Shown here piece by piece: positions 48,586 to 60,100 of a DNA stretch of 64,000 nt. Each line of letters begins with the position of its first letter. The stretch's first letter is position 1. Made by a program: the position numbers and the translations under genes. Origin of the DNA: Barthelona sp. PCE (taxonomy: Eukaryota); the NCBI GenBank assembly GCA_040285745.1, contig JAUFOR010000002.1, forward strand, positions 1,550,001 through 1,614,000, read 5' to 3'. The notes below the pieces were generated by a model. The model was given only the letters and a program-made list of their open reading frames with translations. It ran no database searches and was not told where the DNA came from.

Positions 48586-49782
48586 TTACCGGACATTTAA
48601 GCCTTGTTTTTGCATTTTTCTTGAATGATTTAACTGTTGTTTAAGAAGATTAAGTGATGGTGTACTGTTAAATAAACGCCAAAAACGTATGGTTTGATCA
48701 CCTGCCGTGCACACCGTCTCCCCATCCGGGCTGAGAGTCGAATGTAGGACTCGATCTGTGTGACCCCTTATTTCAGCAACCTTTTTGAATTTAGGCCAGC
48801 TCCATAGACACACCGAATTACTGCTATGGCCATGTGTTGTGACGATCTCCTTACTGTTGGTGGACCAAAGAACGCTGCAAACCTGGGACTCGGTTTGGAC
48901 GGAATTAATCAGTGCACCGCTTTTTGTGTCCCAAACCTTTATGGTGCGGTCGGCTGCACCTGCACCAGATGCCAATATATTTGTCTGTTTAGGGGAGTAT
49001 GTCAGTGCTTTAACACTTGCAAAGTGATCGTTAAACGTGTACAATGAGTCGTTATCTCTCACATCCCACACTTTGATGAAGTTATCGTTACCTCCACTCG
49101 CAAGCTGTGTTCCATCGCTGTTGTATGACAGTGAACATATCTCTTGCTCGTGTTCTTGGTAATGTGAAACAATGTGCTGTTTTACGCGAACATCGGAGTT
49201 CATTATGATTCCGTCTTGGGAACCACTGCTCAGAATATGGGAGTTCCAGGCAGCAGCACCGACTCGGGACCCATGGCCCTTCAGAGAACGAAGCTGCTTT
49301 CCTTTAACAGGATCCCACAGTTGTACGTCTCCACTTGATGTTCCAATCGCAATATGTGTGCCAGAATCCATCCATCGCACAGATGTGACGGTATTAGACC
49401 CACTCAAGTTCAGTAGAAGTGATACTGAACCTTCATTCCCGTTCCACAAAAATACGGAATCCTTAACACCAACTGCAACAACATTGCGTGATGACCAATC
49501 AAGGACGTTGGTGTAGAAATCGTTTGTCATACCGCTTGCACTCAAGATACGTTCCGCCTGACTGGGAACCACACGTCTTTGAACAGCTGACTTAGTAGTA
49601 TTTTGGGTAAACAACACCCTGTTCCTGTTCAGGTGACTTTTTGGAGGATTAGGAGCCTTGTCATCAAAAGAAAGAACTTTTGAATTGGAAAGGTCCTCAT
49701 CCTTTTCTGTACCCGTAGAAATATCAACAAACATGTTTGCAGTCATGCCCGATTCACCCACTGGCAGTAATCTATCTGCCAT
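48586..49782 (-). CDS. CDC20: APC/C activator Cdc20/Fizzy family
   Basis: ERIL...NDFYTNVLDWS, H.QEICSL, LASGGNDN, SQVCSVLWS, GHTDRVL. C-box-like DRLLP and tail NVR. Confidence 0.88.
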   Translation of the reverse strand: MADRLLPVGESGMTANMFVDISTGTEKDEDLSNSKVLSFDDKAPNPPKSHLNRNRVLFTQNTTKSAVQRRVVPSQAERILSASGMTNDFYTNVLDWSSRNVVAVGVKDSVFLWNGNEGSVSLLLNLSGSNTVTSVRWMDSGTHIAIGTSSGDVQLWDPVKGKQLRSLKGHGSRVGAAAWNSHILSSGSQDGIIMNSDVRVKQHIVSHYQEHEQEICSLSYNSDGTQLASGGNDNFIKVWDVRDNDSLYTFNDHFASVKALTYSPKQTNILASGAGAADRTIKVWDTKSGALINSVQTESQVCSVLWSTNSKEIVTTHGHSSNSVCLWSWPKFKKVAEIRGHTDRVLHSTLSPDGETVCTAGDQTIRFWRLFNSTPSLNLLKQQLNHSRKMQKQGLNVR

Positions 49783-49819
49783 AGGAAAAGCAATGATTTG
49801 AAAAAATGAAAAAAGTTAT

Positions 49820-51112
49820 TTACACAAGTCCTTTAGTTAAATCTGATAAGTATACATGTTGAATCATGGTCTTCTTGCTGTCTGCATTGTAAGATCGACT
49901 ATTCTCACTCAGATCTCGAAGCCCAATTCTCATGCAGGTATACTTTTTTTGAAAATCTGCATCTCCCTTTATACGTGAAACCACGACAATTAATGGTAGT
50001 TTTGACAGAGAAAACTTTGATTTGCTATTTCCAATGCGTGTTATATAATTTTGAATATTATTTTGCGTTTGTGTACGTTGAGAAAATGATACAAAAACTG
50101 ACAAGTGAGAAAACAATCCAATATCCATGTGTTCAATCCACTGAAGCGGTTTCGGAGACCTATAACACCAATCCATGTTTGTGGTGTAATATTCATTTGA
50201 GAAAAATGGATTTACGCTATCGTAAAGTAAAAGACCGCTAATGTCTAATTGCGCTTCATTCTTCTTCAATTCAATCTCATTAGCAGCCGCCTCGAGCACA
50301 GATGCACTGGAAAAGTCATGGCTAACAACAATCGGTCCTCTATTCAGCACGTCAAACAGGATATGTCTGAATTGATCCATAGTGCCTTTTATATCATACT
50401 GTTGATAATCAAAGAACCGTTCTGTATACGCTTCTCCAGCGATTGTTATGTAGCAATTTAGTAAATCTGGTGAAGCAAGCCGCTCAAAGGCTTCTTTCCG
50501 ATCCTCAACATTTTTGTACGGGATCAACCCTTCTTCTTCAATAAAACCAACGAACAGCCCAACAGGTACATCTTCAGCGTATGTATAGTCACCAAATGAG
50601 GTGTAGGCATCACAGAAAAAAAGTCGGTTCACATGATTTTTATCTAAATAATAGTATGGAGAAATACGATGGTTATACACAATGTTCTGGTTCACATATG
50701 CCAAACGGAAGAAATATAAGTAGCATACGGATATAATGATACTGTACGTTAATGTAATTTTTTGGTTGTTAATGATTTTCGAGTATGATTCCAAACGTGA
50801 GTACCAAAAAAAAATGCATATGATCATAAAACACCCAAAATACAAGGAAGCTTCAAGCAATCCTCCAGTATTCAACGAACACAACAGTGTAGTAACAAGT
50901 GATACGAAGCATGCAAAAACAAAAAAAACTTTGGTCGTCTTGTTGTTGTTAAAATCATCCAATTTGAATATGTCGGCTGTTGTAACGTATAAAAGTGTCA
51001 GGATGCACAGATAATGTGCCCGGAAAAAGTACCAATACACGTAACACAAAAACAAAATGAATGAACATAGTAATACAAATAATGCAACCATAGGTTTAAC
51101 AGTACTGTGCAT
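49820..51112 (-). CDS. Multi-TM protein with degenerate alpha/beta-hydrolase-like C-terminal domain
   Basis: About five TM segments, then PIVVSHDFSS, GLLLYDS, LPLIVV. Confidence 0.6.
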   Translation of the reverse strand: MHSTVKPMVALFVLLCSFILFLCYVYWYFFRAHYLCILTLLYVTTADIFKLDDFNNNKTTKVFFVFACFVSLVTTLLCSLNTGGLLEASLYFGCFMIICIFFWYSRLESYSKIINNQKITLTYSIIISVCYLYFFRLAYVNQNIVYNHRISPYYYLDKNHVNRLFFCDAYTSFGDYTYAEDVPVGLFVGFIEEEGLIPYKNVEDRKEAFERLASPDLLNCYITIAGEAYTERFFDYQQYDIKGTMDQFRHILFDVLNRGPIVVSHDFSSASVLEAAANEIELKKNEAQLDISGLLLYDSVNPFFSNEYYTTNMDWCYRSPKPLQWIEHMDIGLFSHLSVFVSFSQRTQTQNNIQNYITRIGNSKSKFSLSKLPLIVVVSRIKGDADFQKKYTCMRIGLRDLSENSRSYNADSKKTMIQHVYLSDLTKGLV

Positions 51113-51177
51113 ATGATACCTGTTTTAAAATCAATTCATCAATGAAAAAGGAAATAATTAAAAATACAATATTTTAC

Positions 51178-54100
51178 TTAATGATTCTCAGTGAAATCAA
51201 CATCAGCACGAGACAGCAAGGCTGCAGTACCTCTCTTGATCCACTTTTGAGGTGTGGATTCACCACAAGGAAGCTCAAGCGCACAAACAAAAGCAGGACG
51301 CTCGCGAGTACCAATTCTCTTTTCAGAACAATAACAAGGACAGATGTATGTTGTTTCCTCATCAACAGTATGGTTCTGTACAGGTTTAAAATGAATAATT
51401 GGCATGTGATCAATTAAAATCATTGGCTCAGGATCAGTAATGCACAACTCTTCATCATCCCAACGGGCACCTTCCAACAAAATACCCTTGATGTATGCAC
51501 CATCATCAGGTTGTGAAAGGATTTCATGTTCAGACTGCTCCATGATAATAAACTCGAAGCTAAGTGTATCAATAGGAATACCATGACGTCTAGCGGTTGT
51601 TTGTAACAGTGCAGTTAGGAAACCAGTAGGGAAAGTGAATCCACCGAGCCAGAACACAGTGGGTGGGTTAAGACTCTCAGCCCAGTTACGCAACTGTTCA
51701 ACACGTCCGACCAAGTCCTGTGCCCAAGAGGCAAGAGACTTCTGAGACTGATAACAGAACGAGTGCGTTGTTGGAACTCTGTTATCATGGTAGGCATCGA
51801 AGATTTCTTCCAGATCGGGAGAAATAACTTCAAGACCCTTAATACCACGTTTCATACGAATAAGGTCATCATGAACCTTCTCAAGCAACACGTTGTAACG
51901 TGTAATTTCCTGAAGAAGAACAGTGGACAATGGTGAGACGTTACCTTCCAATGATACAACAACTGAGTGGTAATCAATTGGCTTGGGAATGGTATCCTCA
52001 AGCTTCTCGCACATAGAGTAAACCTTAGACTCACGATCTTGACCACCTGCACCACCTGTACGGGGTTGTAGGTCAATGATGGTCTGCAACAGTGAGTTTG
52101 ACTCGTCAATAGTTGAGGCGATATCAGCGTTAAAGTGTTGACCAAATACTTCAGGCGTATCAGCAAGAGGAAGACCGTTGATGAACTCAAGGAAGTCGCT
52201 GAGATTTCCGTCTTCAGGAACAACAAAAGCGGGAGACTCAGACAATAATTGTTGGGGCTTAAAGGCAATATTATCGTTGTATACCTCGTTCATGTAAGTC
52301 AGTAGAATACGACGATCCCAATCATCAGTAACACGACCACCATAGTTGGCTTCACCTGTGAGGTAACGAAGACCCTTCCAATCAATGTTTCCATCAGATT
52401 GAAGAGCGCGGTTGAGATAATCTACCAATAACTGGAAACAGATATTGAAATCTGCATCAGAGAAGTCATAGACAACTGCCCAACCAAGGGACATGAACTT
52501 CTTACGCTCAAGTAAGACTGAGTGGAAGAAGGAAAGGGCAAACAGTAAGCGTCTGAAGGGAACAGTGTTATCGCAAGTGTTGTACTGACTGGCAGACATA
52601 TTACCATAGATACGCAATAAGTTAGCCTTGACACCCTTGGGTGCTTCTGTGGTAATTTTAAGAGAACGCTGGAGGATGGCAATAGGGAACTTGGGATGGG
52701 GGTTACTCGTGAGCCACAGACGGAAGTCAGGATGAATATCGTTGGGGTTCTGAACCATGTGGTAGAGAAGTTTATCGAGTACGGGTAACCACTTCACACT
52801 GAGGTGACAGTTCACCAACAATACCCAATTACCGCGTTTCATACCTTCTTGGATAGCAGCTTCGGCCTTAGGGGTCTGACCCTGACCGAGAGCAACTGAT
52901 ACAAAGCGATGTTCCATTCCACTTGACAATGCAAAAGTATTGAGTTGATGTGATGGATCGACACCAGGTGCAAGGATAAAGATAAGAGGTGTAAGACTGT
53001 TACTGTCCTCGAATGTCTGAGCAAGATTGAACGCTGGTGGTTCAATGAACTCAGGACCAAGGTTAGAAGCAATAAAGTGTGAAATTGTGGAGAGGAGACG
53101 ATCTTGACGGAGTGAACGAATAACGAGCATTTTTTGGAACTCTCCTAATTTAGAATCCCATTCACCAGGAAGACCAACAGCCTCAGGACGCTCAGTCTTA
53201 TACCAAATCATCCAATCTTCGCTCTCTGTTGAAGATTCGAAAGAAGATGCAATTCCATGCATGGAAGCAATCTTGTCGAGCTCCCACAAATTATCCCAAG
53301 CAACTTGTGGTAACCACTTCTGTGGGTTGGGTGCCTGCTTCTTACGATCTAAAACGATACCACCCTTGAGGAAGAATGAATATTCATTGTGATCAATCTT
53401 CTTCTCATTGAGCAAGATCTTAACAAGAATCTGGAAAGAGAATAATAATTTATGACGTTCAAACAAAGCACGACAAATGTATCTGTAGAAATTGAGTGTA
53501 TGGAACGAAACAATTTCGTTGATTCTCTCCTTCTTGTCTTCAGTGCGCTTGGCATTGCGAATCGAAAACATAAAGAGGTTGAGATAACTCTCGAGTGAGA
53601 ACTGATACATTGTGTCAATGTTAGACATATCAGTGAGAACAAAGAAAAGCAGTGATGCACGGCGAGCAATTGCTCTGTACAAGTTACGGTTCTCATCAAT
53701 CTTAATCTCAGTCTGCTTGGCGATCTTGAGAGACTCTGAGATCTTATGAGCAGTTTCTTTTGAGTTGTTGAGCGTAACAACCATCTGCTCATCATCAAGA
53801 ATGTTATCAGTGGAGTTAAGAAGCTCAAGAATACGATCCTCAAGTACAACCATCTGCTTACGTTGCTCAGCCATAGAAAGAACAAGGTCTGACTTGCGTT
53901 TCTCTAAAGCGGGCATCTCCTGTTGTACGACAACACCCAGTAATTGCTCTTCAAGACCTTGTTCCTTGACAGCAAAGTTAACAATGGTTGTGATAGCAGC
54001 AATCTCTGGAGAGAAGTGAGGGTTGCTAAGTTTAGTTGTAATGAAGAAGACGAAATCCTCAGAGTACTGGATGAACTTATCGCCCAGTCTGATCTTTGTG

Positions 54101-57100
54101 ATACCACCATCATTAATCAGCGTTTTGTTGAGAACATCATTTAGAGATGGATCAAGATCCTCACTTACATTCTCTAACAAACAAGGCGAACCGTAAACGA
54201 TTGAGCTTTCAAGTGTACGTAAGAAATTACGTTGTTTGAGATCAATGATACGCAAACCTTCAGCCTCATACAGACGCTTGATCCATGAATTTGCTTGATC
54301 TTGGGGATCAATCATGAGTGGCCAACGGTGACCGCGAGTGACGAGCACACCGTTTTCGATTGAAAACGAGTCAGAAGGAAGACCACGGATATTCCAATCA
54401 CGTACTTCTGTTGGAACAGCGAGGAAATCGATGAAATCAAACGTCTCACTATGAGGGATATTTGCCTTCTCAATAAGCTCTCTCCAAATTGTGTCTACGA
54501 GCTCAGAACGGTACTGTGACGGGAAGGGGCCACAATAACTAAGGAAGGCTGCTGCAAGAAGACAATCGCCGGGTAGAAGCTCAATCTCACGATCGAAAAT
54601 TGCAATCTGCTCTTGCCAACGAATACGCTCATCAGCAAGACCATTGACAATTGAAGCAGCTCTGTCAAGCTTAAGCTCAGTAAGCTTAGCTTCAGTTTCG
54701 AGTTTTTCTTTGACGGACATTGCACCCTGATACTCGTCATCAAGGTCTTGGATTTGCTTCTTGAGATTAGCAAGCTTTGCCTGAGCATCGCTAAGCATAG
54801 CACGTTTGATCTCCAGTTCGTTGATGGCACGGTTAAGAGCCTGTTTCTTGGGAGCAACCACACGATAAACCTTGGCGAACTCCTGCATGCACAAAATCCA
54901 ATCCGCAAGGATAGCGACGGGTTGGGAGACAAGTGCGAGTTTATCGACGTCGAAATTCTCATGTGCAGTGACCTTTTGCAACTTCTTGAGCATCTTATCA
55001 GTAATGTTCTCCTTAGGATAGTGTGTTAGTTCATGCAACAGGTGAGTATTTGCAAGATGAACACGGCAAGTAGCCCAATCCGTTTCTGAGCCACGAAGAA
55101 TCATAAGACCCTTGAGTACGAGATGCACAACTGCTGGAGGATTTTGCATCGCACGAATATCAGCAAGAGACTGACGAGAAAGCTTGTTAAGTGCTTCAGA
55201 AGCAGCAACGAGCATTGGCATAACCTCTTCAAGATCCTTTTCGGCGTTGGCAGCGACGATAGAACATTCCTGCTCTTCGATCTTCAGCTTGGAGGCAAGT
55301 TCATCAACTTCCTTCTTCTGGGCATCAGCCTCAGTCTTACGATTGACGAGGGTAACAAGTAACTCATTACATTCAATAGTCTTCTTGGCCAAAGTCTCCT
55401 TTGTCTTATCAAGTTTGATGGTCATAATTTCAACCTCCTTACGTGTGTCAACCAATTTTGAAAGACCATTTGCGAGTTTCTGTTTCTTTTGGAAAATTTC
55501 ACTACGCTTATCACGGAATGTCTGCTTATATGAGTCAAGAAGATCAAGGAAGTTGGTGGGTGTGACATAATTATGTCTCCTCAATTCATCACGCATCTTT
55601 TCAGAAAGACGTTCAACAGACGTGTGAATATCAACAAGTGTTGCTGCAATGGGGCTGATGTACTCATCTTCGATACCATAGTCAATCATCTCAACAATGT
55701 TGTTTGAAGCAACTTCAATAAGAGCATCTGCAGGCCAGTTACTGAACCAATCAATGGTTGTACAAGAAACAAGTGCCGGGTAAAGACGGACACGGTTACG
55801 GAAATCGGCACCGATGGGAGACATGCACAGAATAACGTGCAAGTTCTCACGAACACGATCAACAAAGAATCTCCATAAGTTCTCCTCTGTTTCTGGGAGA
55901 GTGGGATGGTTCTTTCTGAATTCTGGACGCAATGAATCATAAAATTCCTGTGGGTTGTCAATATCATCATATAAACCAGGCACCATACCTGAAGCAAGGA
56001 TATTATTAATATCCTCAAGGAAAACCTCATCAGTAACCTGAGTGTCAGAGAATAGGAACACTGTTGGCTGATTTTCGATACCACAGATGCTAAAGAGTTC
56101 ACGAAGATCATCGTAGAAATCCTTTTGGGAGTAGTTCTTCTTCATCTCAATCTCAAAGATTTCATAATCTACAATGTATGATGCCAAACGAGTTAGAGAC
56201 TTACGACCAGAACCACCAACACCAATGAGTAATACGTTACCCTGAGGCTGATTCAGCACACGAATGATACGGCACATATGGTTGATGGCATCCTTGAAGA
56301 GGACGAGGTTTAGAGGCTGCTTTGACTCAAGGTTGTGAGCATCTTGCTTCTCATATACTTCCTCACGGAGCTCCTCGAATGAAGGTAACTCTTGGTATGA
56401 TTGATCCAAAGTCATGAAAGAGCCGAAAGGTGTAACGATATTGTTCTCGCAAAGACGAGCCCAGTTGGCATCGAGTGTGAGTGAGAGTTGTTCCTGAATT
56501 GATGTACGGAAGACAGCACGATCTTGATCAATGGCGAGCTTATCATGGAACACACGATAACATTCGTGAATCCATAATTTGATAAATTGGTCACGTGAGT
56601 ATGAACGTGAGCACTGAAGAAGGCCTTGGAAGACCTTACCCACATCTCTAAGTGAGAAGATGTAATGGGATTTTGTTGGGGTGGGGAGCATAGTCTCCTT
56701 CATGAACTTGTAGATATTGAAGGTTGCTGTGCAAACATTATCAACAGCAGAGCGAATATTATCTTCAAAGCCAACAGAAAGGTGCTGGTTCAGAAGAATA
56801 CCAAATATTCGACGAACAGATTGCTGAGAAGGCTCGGCAAAGTTGATTAAATGGAATCGATCAACAAGACGATCACAGATAACTTGACGACCACCACCAG
56901 GAGGACCCATAGCACCGACAAGCTGCATGTTCTTAACTGTTTGTTTGGTTTGTTTCTTGATATCATACCAAAATCCGTAATCAATGAATTGTCTTAGTAA
57001 CTCAAGCGGAGGTTGAGCACCGAATATTTCCTTACCAGGCATGTTAAGATCGTCGATGAAACAGATCATTGTTTTACCAGCTTTTGGAAGATAGACTGCA

Positions 57101-60100
57101 CCTCGATGATCGAGTGTACGTTCAAATATCTTTTGTAGTGACTCAACTGAAGTCTGGGCAGAGAAGTTAACACGCATAGAAATATACTTTCCATTGCTTT
57201 CTTTATACTTTTGAATAATATCTTCGATAATGATACTCTTACCGACACCAGTATGACCTACAACAAGAACGTTTTGTCCAACAGGGAGTAAATGCTTGAA
57301 CAGGAATTCTGCACGAACGGTATCCATTGTAGGAACAACAGCACGATGCATAGGTACACCTTCTGAGGGTTTCCAACTTGTAGGGAAGAACTCGGTCCAT
57401 GATGTCCATGATGTCTTGCGATTGTCAACGTGATAGTCATACACAGTATCTGTAGGAGGGAACTGTCCATCAATGGTACGCAAGAACATATCGAAGTTCT
57501 TACGAGATTTGGCATCTAATGAGGCTCCAAGTGTCCAGATGAGTGAGAAGACAAAGTACATCTCAATTAATCGCGGGAAATGATCCTGGTTTTCAGGTGT
57601 AACGTTGTTCTCAGATGTTGCGAGGGTGTCATACAATTTTGTGAGTGAGCGAATTGTGGCAAGAGTTGATACAGGAACAAGCTCCTTCCACTTACGCTTT
57701 TGCTCCACACAACGTGGTACATACTTGGAGAACATTGCCTTAAGGGTAGCCTCCTGAGCAGCATTAACCTTGCTAATCTTGCTACGTTTTTCAAGCCATG
57801 TTTCAACAAAGGGTTTCCAACCCAGATCGATTTCATCAAAGTAGACCATACCACAACGTGAAACAGTAGCGGGTGATGCGACAGAAAGATCACGTGTCTC
57901 GAACAACAAGGAAACCTGTTGAGGGAATGAAATACGTTCGGCGTTAATGAGTGTAAGGATACGTGAGTCATCGAGTACAGTGTTCATAGACTCGATCCAA
58001 AGAGTATCAATTGGACCATCAAATACAATCCATTTTTGGTCAGGGGAAGCATCAGCTGAAACTTCACGGAGAACACGAGAGAGAACACCATCGTTCCATT
58101 CACGAGTTGAAAGGTCATACCAACCATACAGTTCGCTCGTCTTAGGGTTGATGAGGTGCGTGTGTACGGGGACCCATTCTGACTTGGGATCTTTTTTATG
58201 CATAGCTGTCATTGTATTCTGAAGAATCTCCCAAGCAGTTGATTTTCCTGAACCGGGGAGACCAACAACCATTGTACCATGACGAATAACTTTTGTTTCA
58301 TACAACTGTACAATTTTGTTAATCATATGCGGAATTGGTTGTAGATTACGTTTACGCAGTTCGTCAATAATTGTTTCCTGGAAAATGCCGCGATCCTGCT
58401 CTACAGTCTCGATTCCTGGGAAAAGATCCTGAATAAGACCCAGGAAAAGACCAATATCATCAGATACGAGCTTGGGAATATTTGAGTCACGGAGGGCACG
58501 GAGTAGGATAATATCCTCAGATGTATCGGGTTCGTTACGTTTGATACCACCAGCAGTAACGAGAACTCCCTTGATAGCACGAAGACCGAAATCGTAGTGA
58601 TCCTGTTTGGAAAGCTGTTGACCCATAAGGCTATACAGGGTAGTGATCTTTTTGGACAGAACTCTGGCCTTGCTGAAACCTTGTGCATAAAGGATAATCT
58701 CAGCAATCATAGCCAGATCGGGAACCATCATAGCCACAGGTCTGAACAAAGACTTGAGGTTATCAGGGAGAGGAGTACGACCAGCGTAACCGGGGTTCAT
58801 AGTGATGAACAGACCAACGTTGGAGTTGAGAGGGATCATTTGACCTTCAAACTCAAAGTTCGAACGTCCAGCAGCAAGAGCGTTAAGGATTGAAGAAATC
58901 TGTTGGGCTACAACAGAAAGAACGTCGATCTCAATACGATTGAACTCATCGAAACAACCGAAGAAACCACCTTGGACAAGACCTGAGAATGAGTTGGCCA
59001 ATGAGACATAATCAAGCTCCTCTGAGGCGTTGAAGACAATTGTAGGACGCATAAGATTACGTCCCATGTCCTTAACAGTTTCGGTCTTACCAGTACCGGC
59101 AGGACCACGGGGATTACCACCGAACTTTAGAGCAAGTGCAGTTGTGAGAGTAAGATAACAACGATCAGTAAGAGGAGTGATGACAAGACGACCAGGGTTA
59201 CCAAAGTATTCATAACCGAGATCCAAAACAGAAGTGGTTTGGAACGCCTTAACATCATCACCAACCAAACCGAAACGGAGCTGACAAGTCCAGTCAAAGT
59301 CTTCAGGTGATGAAACCTGGTTGGTAATGAGCTTTTGGATAACATCCTTTGAGTGTACCTCCATTGTAATAGCTGTGACAACCTTACTACGATCAACTTT
59401 CGACAGGTCTGAACGAACCATGTTTGTGAGTCTGTTGAGGAGCGCCATGTACCTCTTACGAAGAATTTTCAGACCAAACTTGGACTGACCTTTCTCAATA
59501 TCGGTAAGGCTCTTACCAACATCGGCTGACCATTGACAAAGTGATGCAGCAATACCGAGCTGACCCAACCAGTTCTTGAGCCACTTCTCACGCTTAACAG
59601 GATAGTTACGGAGAGAAGAAACACACTCTTGGAGTAAATCCTTAAGTGTGAGGGCCATAGTTTGTTCGACATCGACCAACCATGCTTCAACGTTAGTATC
59701 AGTGGGTATGGGACGTGCGAGGTTCAAACGTTCGCCATCCATCGAAACCATTGCAATGATAGTCTTGCGAATTGAATCTGTATTGAAGATGAGCTTGCGT
59801 ACACCATCGAAACATTTGTTAATATGCTTATTGATAGTAATTGGATTGCGAGATTGACCTAAAATTTCCAACAAATCATCGTTAGATAGGAAATAGAAAC
59901 GAGGGAAGGCCATACGTTTTGTCTCCAGATACTGTTCAAGTTGCTTCTGGATAATTTCCAGAGCTTCAATTATATCACGAAGAATAGCAGCAACCTGTTT
60001 CCAAAGTAAACCATGGAAAGCGTGACAGCGGAACTCTTCAATGAAACCAATGAACAGCTTGTGCCAATTACGTGAAACAGCATCAAATTCTGCTGCAGTC

